A program made the translations under genes and the position numbers. This document shows, one piece after another, positions 38,301 to 48,000 of a stretch of 64,000 nucleotides of DNA; the stretch's first letter is position 1; every line of letters starts with the position of its first letter. The notes below the pieces were generated by a model. That model was not told where the DNA came from. It was given only the letters and a program-made list of their open reading frames with translations, and made no database searches. This DNA comes from a virus (taxonomy: Duplodnaviria; Caudoviricetes), in IMG/VR virus record IMGVR_UViG_3300029305_005724, positions 128,001-192,000 of that record. One strand, given 5' to 3'.

Positions 38301-40998
38301 ACTCATTATACCCAACGTTGCTAAGGGTACTGGGCAGCTATTTGTAGATGCTTGGAAGGGTCAAGAGAATAATAGCGAGCTTCCTAGTACAGGAAATGAG
38401 CTTCTTGATAAGATTCAGGGTGGTATCTTTGGAGTTGTTAAGGTTATGACCTTCGTTCCTAGAACCTTGACTTATGCGGTTGGTCGTGTAGTAGATGCTG
38501 TTAAAGCGGTAATTGATGGATCTAAAAAGATTATTCCTAATATCGCTACTGGAACGGGTAACTTGTTCAAAGATGCATGGAAAGGTGAAGATAATGATCG
38601 CACTCTACCTAGCACTGGTACAGATTTGCTCGATAAAATCCAGAATGGTATCTTTGGTGTAGTTAAGGTAATCACATTTATTCCTAGAACTCTAACTTAT
38701 GCAGTCGGAAGAGTTGTCGATGCTGTTAAGACAGTTATAGATGGAGCTAAGAAGATTATTCCTAATATTCTTTCTGGAACTGGTAATTTGTTTACAAGTG
38801 CTTGGAAGGGTGAAGAATCTGATGAAAGTCTACCTACAACTGGAGTTGATCTGCTCGATAAGATTCAGAACGTAATATTTGGAGTTGTTAAGGTGGTTAT
38901 GTTTGTTCCTCGTACGTTAACCTATGCTGTTGGACGTGTAGTCGATACAGTTAAGGGATTCATCGATGGATCTAAACTAATATTCCCTAAAGTCGGATCT
39001 GCATTTGGCACTTTATTTACTAAGGCTTGGGCGGGAGAAGAGCTTCCGAGTAAAGTTGAATCTACAGGCAATAGTACTTGTGATACAATTGCTAATGTAA
39101 TATTTAATATCGGTAAAGTTCTTATGACACCTGTAACTCTTGTTATACAGGCTATTGGAAAGATTAAAGAAGGAATCACAACAGCAATCCAAAAGGTAAA
39201 AGATGGATTCACTTTCAAAGATCTTACTAGTGGAATTACAGAAGCCGCATCAAATCTTGGAGAAAAGATTAAAAGTGGTATTAGTGGTGCATGGGATAAA
39301 ATATCTGGAGCATTTAGTAGTGCTTGGGATACCGTAAAAGGTTGGTTTTCTTCTAATGCATCTGATGATGCTGCAAAAATGCGTGCCCATTATGGCTTAG
39401 GGCATAAATATCAGTCTGGACCTGAACTTGCTGGAATGCCTTATGGCGACAGTACAATAGGTAAAGCTGGATGTGGTCCTGTAGCCGCTACAAATGCTAT
39501 TAATCGTCTTCGTGGCGCAGGCTCTATGTCTGTAAGAAAAGCTGCAGATTATGCTGAAGACAAAGGTATGACAATTCCTGGAGGAGGTACCGATATAGGT
39601 TACTTTAAATCCTTCTTGAATTCTCAGAATATTGATGCTACGAATACGACAAATAGAGGCGCTATAATGGAAGCTCTTAAGAATGGACAGCAGGTAATTA
39701 TGCTTGGACAGGATAAGACTAACAAACATGGTGCAACATTTGGAACTACTCCTCATTTCGTAACTGCTATTGGTCTTGATGCGAATGGTAATATTGTTGT
39801 CGAGGATCCTGATATGCCTCAGAGCTCTCTTGTTTACAAGAAAGATAAGGTATTGAATTCTATGATGACTTCTACCATTGTTAGCGGTAAGGGCCGTGGA
39901 CGCTATGGATTAGGTGATGGGGAAAACGGTGAAGAAGAAGGAAGAAAGACGAGCTTCAATGCTCTTATGTCTAGTTTCGGTTCTCTTACCAGTTCTCTTG
40001 TAAAGTCGATGTTTGGAGAAGATGCATATAATGCTATCTCTGGATCGACAAGCGAAGCAGAGTTTGAAAACCCTGAAATCGCTGCAAAACTTTGGAAGTA
40101 TTTGAGATCTAAAGGTTTCTCTGAACATGGTGCTGCTGGTATTATGGGTAATATCTATAATAGCTCCAAGTTTAAGACTGCAAACCTTGAAGATTCTAAG
40201 GAAGAAGATCTTGGTACTGACGTTGGTTATACTTACATGGTCGACAGAGGTCAGAAGACTAGGGAGCAGTTTGCTACTGATGGTTCTGGCTATGGTATGA
40301 CAATGTGGCATTCAGCAAATAGAAAACGTAAGCTCTATGATGCTACTGTTAAGAAGGGTGCTTCTATCGGAGATCTTGATGCTCAGATGAAGTTCCTTGT
40401 CGATAACATGAAATCCGAAAGATCTAGTCTATATTCTGCACTTCGTGGTTCTACTGATCATGCTGCTGCTTCTGATGCATATCTTAAGCAGTATCATATG
40501 GATGATAAAACTGATGAATCGCTTGATTATGAGACTCCTAAGGGTTATGCTGCTACAATCTACGATACTTATCATGGATCGGCTCATAATGCTGACTTTA
40601 AGAAGAATGCTGGACGTGCTAGAGATGCTCTGAATTCTTATGAGACAGAGGATGCTAGAACAAGCAGGATTATGACATCGGCTGGTAGAGCTAATGCTAT
40701 GGCTAAGACTGTTGATTATGCGACATTCTTGCAGACAATTGTAACTCTTCTTATGAATATTTCTGATAATAGTGCTCTGCTTGTTAAGATACTTGATATC
40801 TTATCTAGCAAGTTCAATATCGATATTGATCCTGAAGAGGTGAATAAAGCTGCTAATCAAGGAAAGGCTAGAACTGAAAGAGCTCTTGCTGATCTTATAA
40901 AGAAAGGCGGCGGCGATGCTGGAAGCGTCTCTAAGATGCTGAATGGCTCGGATAATGAATATATCCTCACAGCAATGGCTGCAATCGCTAAAGAATAA
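29392..40998 (+). CDS. Giant tape-measure-like virion protein with C39-like peptidase and tail-lysozyme-like domains
   Basis: 3868 aa, Ala/Gly/Lys-rich helical with Trp-periodic segments; Q...GCGP...HFV...EDP near 39400-39880; GFSEHGAAGIMGN...GYG..W near 40080-40560. Confidence 0.8.
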   Translation: MIGMAAKLKLPKVTRYVANVGKSLAFATIDAVSENTSGIKDFIETNNDIFRESYSGAKNYRQTARNAAKSIKQSNLYQAIKVGARNLGEDLKSGKFYNERDYSDQVLGLDEGFGDDDLDFSWDNESVDDGTKATIASTNAMSDRLDQSIGAAAMSTNSTVAKGVRLVTQSNEASTQLMMAQMDRSASIISSSMGSVYTAVDSVNKFLNGPLVSHMENSRKYYEASLRSLEETQGMMKEMLEMQRNLYKAQQEAAKPSKLDQSFTAGGGIDIAGYFKNVKGNIGNLMSEYGIGGFDLGGGNPFMAFAAAPMKIFTSFMIDNIMSKDFKKSLKSFDKGLTSMFSQFVARMNTKKNDVSGGLWDIVASIFGIDIAKKDNIDPSKYKKDAVPFDGITRQAIIETIPGYLARIEAALTGNDERYYDYQGGTWKGARRIAKEYDAVETSAIANANSSIKSDIQPLIDQLKAINEGQARSMSKSVDRMIMQIYKDGGDFRPNDPDAWKHYGFKSKRDFDLAYGRMSRTTVRDIAKSNMDARQRVSNARLAEEANGGISRQLYNGAFEMDPSGKGKRVDYTGLAKGSGWLSLSKDEQGHNVFHYLREILNAITLKHNKKNKNRCYANTRTPSSHREGGSRRSGSESSDDSGGDPDPASDDDGPLGDDVWESLKADEAARAASGTKKKGLGDWVRDKMGNSPIGKLFGKMLGGAADIVSKPLNYVTKLINKADESMFKMMFGTLDLKDKDGNKVESVFQYITMKVKDTFADIGNWFKEQFKNVKNTISDFFKEKIKPLWEKYGKPVKDQVFGMAKKGFGRFKEGVGNTFGRAYDTVKTRMKKGEVVPTGEVVEAAKSGEDVVDTNARGTYATKRGLTMVSPGEMIIPASFDPREQQAMEALERRDRRRIINAIGLNAKGTVNTDQMKANLRKIMEENKGKGARTAASGILGGAAGLLTGFNPLLGAMAGAGISIIESSDTLKTALFGKEMEDGTYKKGLMPKGLVDMFKKSGKDMTDLGIAGGLLGLVTPLGPLGGAIIGSSIGFLKNNEKFKEFVFGDKDGKGGFLKKESFDKFKKHLKKAAPSMLIGAGAGILMGPFGLLGNAIMGAGVGLLSSTSAFHKFVFGDPDDPKKGSLVGAMKRGILEPAKEKINEILEGFKGYAKKHLLEPLKNFWEPFKQGLKNMITSIGDGVKDAFNRVAEKYLGIPIHDFLQEKVFKPMTKLFFNILKFPLKIAKVAVAAPFKALGAIGNSMRMGQINKGKARDMTAQERLDFRKKHGVRNYFSKVRGADKMQKQDEYLANASLEELQAMSAQAGGTLEGRQTASKAVVEARGALGREISAFFNETNPDGTLRYDVTKFKYVKKIARAGADGDLEEMHRLIDAEPNLTPVEKADLKQRLGAKVEAAEGANAELKKANADLKKGNKGLSKILGHKVKDKKGLRDVKRSVDAEIALRTKAAEKEKKKKESDAAAAAAADEAFKKEHPAEAAILDATKQQTDVVSQQFQSANSKIDEIIKLIKIQLDPTGEAEKTTPPGNEEGQQKGVPQLTDGKSGVPATIEAPKGPASSEIAKIADAAGEKAEKEEAQQDVIAAEAAGVDGSAKPTLVQRMLNKAKGSKVGQAVTGFASKFIPHHDEDSKEATEARQAAEQEEAEEDENDANTRESATWLQRIGEGLGFGKKKKGKDDEEGGGFLGKIFGGIGKGIKGIFSFLTGGLGTTAGKIALAAGGLSLLGWGSEWIKTSVWPKLKSFLFGEKDADGNVVKNGLLGGLGDKMKQIFLGTGGVVEKIGGFFTKIKDWYEGKGGISGILVNDVVPKIIAGWGLAMDNIVTPLVAILIKNLPSMFLGLVKGVINGIKIAVLNKGIVREKNTTIDTGNALKELNGGVANSNAMYNALGDAKGSVKNMFSTAKSSAAYTANKAAEINYGSLFGVNDAKADETYDANGNKLNKSGQDIMYEDGFLGSKKSTNQLYYDENGNIAIDQYDTWNTTDSLASKGAKVAGRGFLHGLLGRKNPIFTALGKISGKGIGKGTAKVVTGGMGKAAKWSGKIFGGSNKLGQKLNSWMTNTPVYTADEVAKAFGTSADDIAKAMGKKAGYSADDIAKAFGSNVDDVGKFMAKNADDVVEGAAKSATKSKGVLSKIKDKIFGKAGKEAAETAATKTGSKVAKEVVEETAEKVVKNADDVAKHGPKIIAKIKNFFTEIAGNSKIIGFIKKACKKAGTDDGVIKKALSAIADKIGKVATKIGKSGVGKLAGKLAKCIPYLNIALYVADFLWGYNNADTILGVAKGDESFKVGFGHKVLCGLLHLITTNLTFGLVPTETLVDIIVEFLFPLFGLSADELMAARERADDIMDAWNEAHPDDTYTNLEDFNNKDKWWFKAKKAVKGALGKAGTWIKDTAGKAWSGIKSGASTAWEWAKEKASNVWEGVTSFFSNVGSTFGKLFDGFKDTFSAIGKGIGKVLSFAWKGDLKGAYKYSVEENKESPVTSKIANIILGIGKVFYTPVILITSLVGKIKDVFVKLFDAAKQVIPAVGQGMADTFKGAWKGEFCKGQIKSTGNEMLDKVSNAILFVGKIVTLPVQFGAFLIGKVVGAVKKVIDAAKNVLPNVGQGMADTLKKAWNGEFCQGQIKPTGNDMLDKVSEAILTVGKIVTLPVQFGAFAIGSVVRGVKKVIDVAKEIVPNIASGTGQLFAAAWKGEDADVQLKSTDNDLLDKIQNVVFGIVKVVTFVPRTLTYAVGRVVDGVKAVINAAKVIVPNVAKGTGQLFKDAWKGEDNGGELESTGNDLLDKIQNVVFGIVKVVTFVPRTLTYAVGRVVDGVKAVIDAAKKIIPNVATGTKNLFVSAWKGEDNNSTLPSTGNDLLDKIQNVVFGIVKVVTFVPRTLTYAVGRVVDAVKSVINAAKLIIPNIAKGTGDLFVSAWKGQENNSELPSTGNELLDKIQGGIFGVVKVMTFVPRTLTYAVGRVVDAVKSVINAAKLIIPNVAKGTGQLFVDAWKGQENNSELPSTGNELLDKIQGGIFGVVKVMTFVPRTLTYAVGRVVDAVKAVIDGSKKIIPNIATGTGNLFKDAWKGEDNDRTLPSTGTDLLDKIQNGIFGVVKVITFIPRTLTYAVGRVVDAVKTVIDGAKKIIPNILSGTGNLFTSAWKGEESDESLPTTGVDLLDKIQNVIFGVVKVVMFVPRTLTYAVGRVVDTVKGFIDGSKLIFPKVGSAFGTLFTKAWAGEELPSKVESTGNSTCDTIANVIFNIGKVLMTPVTLVIQAIGKIKEGITTAIQKVKDGFTFKDLTSGITEAASNLGEKIKSGISGAWDKISGAFSSAWDTVKGWFSSNASDDAAKMRAHYGLGHKYQSGPELAGMPYGDSTIGKAGCGPVAATNAINRLRGAGSMSVRKAADYAEDKGMTIPGGGTDIGYFKSFLNSQNIDATNTTNRGAIMEALKNGQQVIMLGQDKTNKHGATFGTTPHFVTAIGLDANGNIVVEDPDMPQSSLVYKKDKVLNSMMTSTIVSGKGRGRYGLGDGENGEEEGRKTSFNALMSSFGSLTSSLVKSMFGEDAYNAISGSTSEAEFENPEIAAKLWKYLRSKGFSEHGAAGIMGNIYNSSKFKTANLEDSKEEDLGTDVGYTYMVDRGQKTREQFATDGSGYGMTMWHSANRKRKLYDATVKKGASIGDLDAQMKFLVDNMKSERSSLYSALRGSTDHAAASDAYLKQYHMDDKTDESLDYETPKGYAATIYDTYHGSAHNADFKKNAGRARDALNSYETEDARTSRIMTSAGRANAMAKTVDYATFLQTIVTLLMNISDNSALLVKILDILSSKFNIDIDPEEVNKAANQGKARTERALADLIKKGGGDAGSVSKMLNGSDNEYILTAMAAIAKE
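37000..39150 (+). repeat. Ten tandem 225-bp (75-aa) coding repeats in the tape-measure gene
   Basis: AW(K)GE/Q anchors at 37000, 37225, 37450, 37675, 37900, 38125, 38350, 38575, 38800, 39025; degenerate copy at ~36763. Confidence 0.9.
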
Positions 40999-41084
40999 CT
41001 AAAATGAAGGTTGGAAGGGTCATTTTAGACCCTTCCAACTATATATTAATTGAATAGAAAATATTGAATAGGAGGTAACAGTAA

Positions 41085-42758
41085 ATGGCTAAGAATTCAA
41101 CTTGGACTGTAACATCTTCTTCTATTTATATAAGATCTGGGTATAGTGAGACTTCTTTAGTTAGAGGAGCTCTATCCCAAGGAAAAGTTATTATTGAACA
41201 AGAATCAAAAGAAATTGATGGATCTTTATGGATCAAGCATTCAGAAGGATGGTCTTTAGCATATACTGCTGAAGAGACTTATATGGAAATGGGTGCGCCA
41301 AGAATAATGATGCGAGCTGCTTCTTCTGGAGGATCTGCTGATGAAAGTAGCGGATATCTTCCTTCTACTTCAGATATTCTTGCAAGCCAAAATACTAATA
41401 TAAATAACTCTGAATTTGTAAAGATTAAGCATGTGGCCGGTGTTTTTGGTCTGCCCTATCAATTTCTTCCAAACACTGACCCACGTCTCGATGGTTCAAG
41501 CTCTACAGAAAACATTGGTTATGAATATGGAGAAAGAATTATTGAGCGAATACCATTACTCTTCATAGCCCCAGGAAAAGCGAATTTCATGAGTAAATAT
41601 TCTGAAAGTTCTAAGAAAAATATTCTTAGTAAATTGATCAATGCTGGTGCCGGAAATCAGACCGGGAGTATTGATGATTTGCTTAAAGGAGCTGGGCGTT
41701 ATTATACTTTTGAATATAATCCTAAACGCTATTATAAATTTGTCAACCCAATGTGCAGAGCTGCTGCAATTTTTCTAGGTATTGGAGATGTCTATCTTAA
41801 TGGCACAAAAATTAGAAATATGAACTGGGAAACATATACAAAAACTGGTTTGAAATCTATTGCTGATTTTGGTACATATACTTCTATACCTTTTTATATG
41901 GATACAGATACTTCTGTAAGTGAAAGTTATAGTAATAGCACAACACAGTCTATGATAGCTGGAACAATTAATCAGGTATCTGATATGGGTAGAGAGATTA
42001 ATTTCCTTCTTGGATATGGTTCATCTGCTATTAATCTGAATGCTCTCAATGATGCTGATGTCGCATCTAATATCGAAAATGTAACCGATACTGTAAATAA
42101 GCTTCTTGGAAAAGGAAACTTCCTTAGCAATCTTTCCAATCATCTTGTTACAGTTGCTAGTGGTGGTAAACTTACTTTCCCAGAAATATGGTCTGATTCC
42201 TCTTTCTCTAGAGAATATAGCTGTAAATTTAAGTTTATAGCTCCAGACCCTTCAAAACTTAGTGTCTATCTTAATGTAATAGTACCCCTATTACATCTAC
42301 TTGCACTTGTAGCACCTCAGACGGTTGAGGCAAATCCAAATGGATATACAAACCCATTCCTAGTTAGAGCTATCTATAAAGGATTCTTTAATGTAGATAT
42401 GGGAATTATTACAAGTATGAGTGTAAATAAAGGTGCCGAATGTCAATGGACTCCTGATGGAATTCCTACGTCTATCGAAGTAGATATTTCTATCAAGGAT
42501 CTTTATTCTGCAATGTCCGTTACTGCAACAAATTCTACTTCATGGAAGTATGATACCTTAAATAATACTGCATTAATGGATTATTTGGCTAACCTTTGCG
42601 GTATTAATATATATAAACCTGAAATTACTCGTATGATTGATATGTGGTATACATTGAATGTCTCTAGTAGACTTCAAGACTTCTTCCAAATTGATATATG
42701 GGGAGGAATTCAGGAAAAGGTTCAAAATTTGGTTATGGGTATCTATAGAGGGGATTAA
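41085..42758 (+). CDS. Baseplate/tail-tube-initiator-like protein with N-terminal SH3b-like domain
   Basis: N-terminal IYIRSG......RGAL..G...WIK...GW; C-terminal FPEIWSDSSFSREY and YTNPFLVRA; directly follows the tape measure gene. Confidence 0.6.
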   Translation: MAKNSTWTVTSSSIYIRSGYSETSLVRGALSQGKVIIEQESKEIDGSLWIKHSEGWSLAYTAEETYMEMGAPRIMMRAASSGGSADESSGYLPSTSDILASQNTNINNSEFVKIKHVAGVFGLPYQFLPNTDPRLDGSSSTENIGYEYGERIIERIPLLFIAPGKANFMSKYSESSKKNILSKLINAGAGNQTGSIDDLLKGAGRYYTFEYNPKRYYKFVNPMCRAAAIFLGIGDVYLNGTKIRNMNWETYTKTGLKSIADFGTYTSIPFYMDTDTSVSESYSNSTTQSMIAGTINQVSDMGREINFLLGYGSSAINLNALNDADVASNIENVTDTVNKLLGKGNFLSNLSNHLVTVASGGKLTFPEIWSDSSFSREYSCKFKFIAPDPSKLSVYLNVIVPLLHLLALVAPQTVEANPNGYTNPFLVRAIYKGFFNVDMGIITSMSVNKGAECQWTPDGIPTSIEVDISIKDLYSAMSVTATNSTSWKYDTLNNTALMDYLANLCGINIYKPEITRMIDMWYTLNVSSRLQDFFQIDIWGGIQEKVQNLVMGIYRGD

Positions 42759-42848
42759 GTGTAAAATTCTATACATCCCGAAACATATCAATGAGGATAC
42801 AGGGTTATTCCTGTATCCTCAAAATCTTATAAAAGTTGGTGAAGATGA

Positions 42849-43562
42849 ATGAAAAGAAAAAATCGAAGCCAAAAACATACAGATTATGTAAATAAATTCG
42901 GAGATATTCCTATAGACTATAAGGAACGTCTCGAATGGCTGTATGATAAATATAAGATAACTGAAAGCCAAGCATTTGAAATATTGCATAAAAGAGACAT
43001 GATGATGGATAGTTTGAATTATTTCAGTACAGAGATTATATTATTTGAAGTCCCAGAAGGATCTCCGCGTCCACGATTTCGATTAGTAAATCGCTCCAAT
43101 CTGTCGAATATGGCAATGTCCAATCCAAATTTTGTTCATGTATATTCATTAACTGGTAAAGAAGACAATATGTTTATGAAACGGTTAATGAGTCAGGAAG
43201 AATTTGACGCTTTAGATTCTATGATATGCACTCCGTGTATTATAGACATTCACGCATTTCTGAAGACCCCTTCTTATTATAATAAAGAAGATACTATACT
43301 TGCAGAAATTGGATTACATAGACCCATATCTAAACCAGACTGGGACAATTTAGGCAAAAAATATAGCGATATGTTTAATGCTAATGTCTGGTTAGACGAC
43401 ACACTGGTTATAGATGGGTCTATCCATAGATATTATTCGGTGTTGCCTCGTGTTGAAATACGGGTCAAATATCTGAATATGGTTTATAACAAGCATCAAT
43501 ATTCTAGTATTATTAATCGTACAGATTACAATGCGGAATATGACTTAAAGTATTTTCACTGA
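42849..43562 (+). CDS. rusA: RusA-like Holliday junction resolvase
   Basis: PEGSPRPRF and KPDWDNLGK..SD......WLDDTLVID motifs. Confidence 0.8.
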   Translation: MKRKNRSQKHTDYVNKFGDIPIDYKERLEWLYDKYKITESQAFEILHKRDMMMDSLNYFSTEIILFEVPEGSPRPRFRLVNRSNLSNMAMSNPNFVHVYSLTGKEDNMFMKRLMSQEEFDALDSMICTPCIIDIHAFLKTPSYYNKEDTILAEIGLHRPISKPDWDNLGKKYSDMFNANVWLDDTLVIDGSIHRYYSVLPRVEIRVKYLNMVYNKHQYSSIINRTDYNAEYDLKYFH

Positions 43563-43578
43563 AGGAGGTTAATTAATC

Positions 43579-43983
43579 ATGATTGTCAATAATAATAATT
43601 ATTATACGAATCTTGCAAATCTAAATAAGATGAGATACATACTTTTTACTAATTTCTTTAATAGAAATGAATGTATTCAAGAGCTTACTGGATATATATC
43701 TACGAATATTGATAGTCTTTCTATAGACTATGATGCTATCCAGTATCAATTCATTATTAAGATTAAGAAAACTGGAATGAGAAAAATTCGCGGTTTTCAT
43801 CATGCTTCTGAATTCTATTATAATCAAATCATTCCTAATATTTTTAGGAGTTTTATTCAGAATCATCATACAGAACTTTGTTCCTTCTTCGGAGGAGCTA
43901 TCCCAGAAGAAGTTTATACCAATCTATCGAATTTTTGTCATGTGTCTTGCTTGGCAGATAATATTCTGGTTATCAAGCTTTAA
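43579..43983 (+). CDS. Hypothetical protein
   Basis: 134 aa, SD AAGGAGG; bidirectional terminator 43989-44028. Confidence 0.65.
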   Translation: MIVNNNNYYTNLANLNKMRYILFTNFFNRNECIQELTGYISTNIDSLSIDYDAIQYQFIIKIKKTGMRKIRGFHHASEFYYNQIIPNIFRSFIQNHHTELCSFFGGAIPEEVYTNLSNFCHVSCLADNILVIKL

Positions 43984-44027
43984 AAACAAATCCCCTATAG
44001 CCGATAAGCTATAGGGGATTATTATTT

Positions 44028-44960
44028 TTACTTCTTAAGACTTGCAATGGTATTCTCGATAAAGGAAGCATTAACTTTCTCGAGACGGCTAGTATTAAGC
44101 ATTTCCATAAAAGTATACATCAAAGAAGTACGAGAAACAATCTTATCAATATCAAGATGCCCCTCATTCATAAACTCTGCATGCATATCCTTATTCTTGA
44201 GAACACTTTCACACATAGCAGAAACCATTCCATGGAATACACTCTTAGGAGCTGTTCTGATTGCATTAGTCTTACGCTTTGCAGCAATCTGATAGCTTTC
44301 CTTCAGGCTTGCATCAGAAGTAGAATCGATCTTTTCCTGTGCACTCTGAAGAGTTTTAGTGATATCTTCATGGTCCTTAGTATTAGCTGCAACGAAATCG
44401 TTCATTGCATCAGCAACTCTATCGTGAATAGCAGCTGCTACAGATTCAGTATCAGCATAATCAAGCTGCTTAAAGAATTCATCCTTCATATCGGATGTAA
44501 TAGTAAAGGTATTAGGATCCTTTCTATCAACAGACTCTCTAATAGCTTCAGAAGCTGTAGTAATTACATTATACATTTCAGATAGAACAGCAGAACCATG
44601 CTTCATTCTATTAAGAATCTCATAGTATCCATTCTCCTGAACGTACTGATTGGTCATTGCTCTAAGAATTGATCTGCTCGTATCATCTGCACGAGCTTCA
44701 TCCGAAATAGACTCGGAAAGAATTCTGTAGAGGGCTTCAACGACAAGAGATCTATTTACCGTCTCAATAAAGCTTGTATAGCGATTAGCCACGCTTGCAT
44801 GGTGGTCTCTAGCTTCAAGATAAGCTTTAGTTTCCGCAGAGAACGGGAGATCAAAATTTTCTTTTGTGACTTTATGCGAATTATTATAATTCTCGATAGC
44901 TGCCTCAATGAAAGCTTTATTCTTTCTGGCAACTTTCTCAGAAACCTTAAAATCGTTCAT
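44028..44960 (-). CDS. Putative virion protein
   Basis: 310-aa helical ORF, late promoter 44989-45000. Confidence 0.55.
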   Translation of the reverse strand: MNDFKVSEKVARKNKAFIEAAIENYNNSHKVTKENFDLPFSAETKAYLEARDHHASVANRYTSFIETVNRSLVVEALYRILSESISDEARADDTSRSILRAMTNQYVQENGYYEILNRMKHGSAVLSEMYNVITTASEAIRESVDRKDPNTFTITSDMKDEFFKQLDYADTESVAAAIHDRVADAMNDFVAANTKDHEDITKTLQSAQEKIDSTSDASLKESYQIAAKRKTNAIRTAPKSVFHGMVSAMCESVLKNKDMHAEFMNEGHLDIDKIVSRTSLMYTFMEMLNTSRLEKVNASFIENTIASLKK

Positions 44961-45000
44961 GATATATTAACCTCCTCGAAGAATTTCTTATTATTATGTT

Positions 45001-48000
45001 TTATACCATTTGTATCGTGATGTCCGGAACCCACTTACCTTCTCTATTAAGAATCGTATGAATACTAAGGAATTCTGGAACAACAACACTGTCTGGCATG
45101 GTTTGAGCATGAAGATGCTGAACACTTGTACCATAATCATTTATTCCAACAAATTCGAAGTATACAATAGACTCTCTATATTTTGAAGTAATTTCCGTAA
45201 TAAGGTTCGGAATATGAAGGGACTCGATACTAGTGATATCCTCGACATAATTCTTGATGTCTTCGGTAATTGAATTAACAACGTTCTTATTATAATTTGC
45301 TCTAAGTTTAAGTCTAAACTTTAGAGATATATTTGTTCTATCAAGACAAGTTTGTTCAACTTCATCTGTGACAAATAGCTTAGAAGGTCCATACGTATTA
45401 AAGAATTTAAAGTCTATACCGAAAGCATCCTCAAGGATAGTTACAGCATAATCAATATAATTCTTACGACGAACAAGCTCTCTACAGAGCTCGATAGCTT
45501 TATCTTCAGTATCGAAATAGTTATATTTAACTACAGGCATACCTTTGATAATAAAATATTCTCCATTTTCATCACTATTGATTACAATAGGAGAATCAAT
45601 AACCTCAGAATAGTTATAAAAGAAATCTACTCCTTCAGTTACATTATAGGTATTCGCAAGAGTATAATCTCTAATATTAGCGACTTTATCAAATACGTAT
45701 CCTGTAACAGGAGCTTCTGTTTCAACCCAATCTGTTCCATTATACTGATAATAGGTTTCCCCAATAAGAGCATACTCTCCTTCTACAGGTTTTTCTACCT
45801 CTTGAAGTTTTTCCATAGATTCATAACCAGTAATCTTTGGATTCTCGTATTTATATGCATTAAATTCAGGGATTATAGCATCAAGTCCCTGCCAATCAAT
45901 TGGCATTTCTCCATCGGCTTTATAAAGCATATAGAGAACGCATTTGCAATTTGCGGGCACATAAGATTCATTAGTGGAGAGCTTCATAGTTTGCTTAATC
46001 CACTCTGTACCATCATACTTATAATATTCCCCAGCAGCAATTGCATAATCGCCGATAACAGGATCTTGAATAGTTTGGAACTCTTCTACAGTATCATATT
46101 CTCCTCTTAAAGGATTAGCCATACCTTTTACAGTAATGCCTTTATCAAACATGCCTTCTGTAATACGAAGTCTTCCGGATGTATCCATATAGTTATCGGT
46201 CTTGAATTTGAATTTATATGTGTATACAACGGCAGTAGATTCTGCAACATTTACACATTCTGCTTGAGCCCATGTATAAGGAGTTCCTTCACTGTCGTAG
46301 AATACAGCAAACACCTGAAGGGATTTGTCGTTTTCATTTGCATTTGAAATATTCTGCTCCATTTTAATTGTGAAAGAATAATCATTTGATTCTTCCTCAT
46401 TTGTACCTCTATAGCAATTCATAACAGTAGCTATATATTGATACAATGATTTATCATTGATATGAGAGAACTCAAGGAATTTCTTAGAATCCATAATTGT
46501 AAGATTATAGGTTCCATAAGCAGGACTATGATTGATCGTGAAGTTATATGGAGATGTGTAATAGAATAGGAATTTCTTGTAATCGAATCCATCGGCATCT
46601 TTAGCATCTTCAGTTTCCTTATACGGATCAAAGTCTGCAGGAATATTGTCTTTGCTTATAAGCATACACGTTCCATCATCAGTTAGCTTAAGAAGCTCGC
46701 CTCTCGGAAGAGTATACCTTTTATTACCATTTTCATTAGACACTACAAGATCATTAACGTATGCCTTAACATCAACGGTATTTGTCGGAATTATATTATT
46801 ATATGCATCTCTTATAAGAATAAACGAATAGTATAATCTTTCAAGCGCATTATCACGCTTCTTATAAAGATAAATCTTAGAATCATCTGTATCAAGAGCA
46901 TTAAAGAAGTTTTCCAAATCGGTCAAGTTCGTAATAGCTCCTCTAGCAGATGCTTCCCTCGGAATCAGTTGCTGAAGTTCCTCAATTGTCTTTTTATTAG
47001 ATCCATAAGAAGATTCTCCATCAACAGGTCTGACTTCACAAGCTATATTTGCATAACCATACTTTTCAGATTCGCAAGCAAAACCAGGGTATACTTCGGG
47101 TGCATAACTAAAGTTACCTCCTTCGCCCTCAGTCGTCCAAATATTTATCTTTACCTCGCTATTTATTCTAGGTGCATAAGAGGAACGATCAAATTTAATT
47201 CTAATCGTTTTAGAGTCTAGATAGCTATAGTAAAAATAAGGGTACTTTTTATTCGAAGAAATTAAGCCTTCATATACAGGAATGAGGTGTGTGACTTTAT
47301 CACCTTCAGTTACATCTATATTGAATGCTGCAAGTTGTCCTTCAAATTCAAAAGTAAGAGTTTTAGAAGAAATAGAGTTATCACTTAAAATCTTCTTAAC
47401 GATATTCGTCTTCATAACTTGATGAAGTTTTACAGGCATAAAGATAATACTTTTATTACTTACCATCATCTTTACAGGAGACGAAATACAAGGGTTGGTA
47501 ATATCAGAGATAGGATTATCATCATCAATAATATACTTTGCAGTATATGTAAAGTCTTCAATAATACCACTATTCTCTAATCTAATTTTTTGGATTTCGA
47601 TATCATAGTCTACAAAGAATGGATATTTTCCAATATATATAGCAGTGTCTTTATCAAAAGTAAAGCTCCAACCACCATCAGGATTCGTTCCAATTGCATT
47701 CTCGATATCTTCTTCAACGAAAGTTAATAGTACTTCCATTGTGGCAGGAACTGCATCAATTCCTGTAATTCCAAGGCCTCTTGCATGAGCAATAACATTC
47801 TTTTCGAATTTAGCCTTAGTTGCAATCGACTCATTAGAAAATTCAGAAGCCATAACAATACTATTCTGCATAAGATCAGAAAACATTTGTCCAGCATAAC
47901 CGAATATTCCAAGCATTAAAGTCTCTTCATTAGCTGTAGGAGTAAAGTTTTTCTTAATTTCATTGACGTAGGAGTTTATACCATAGACGTCAGATGTAAG

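Noticed and set aside
37000-39150. Regularly spaced repeats as a possible CRISPR array
   Set aside because: In-frame 225-bp coding repeats with synonymous divergence and no unique spacers; no cas genes in the window.
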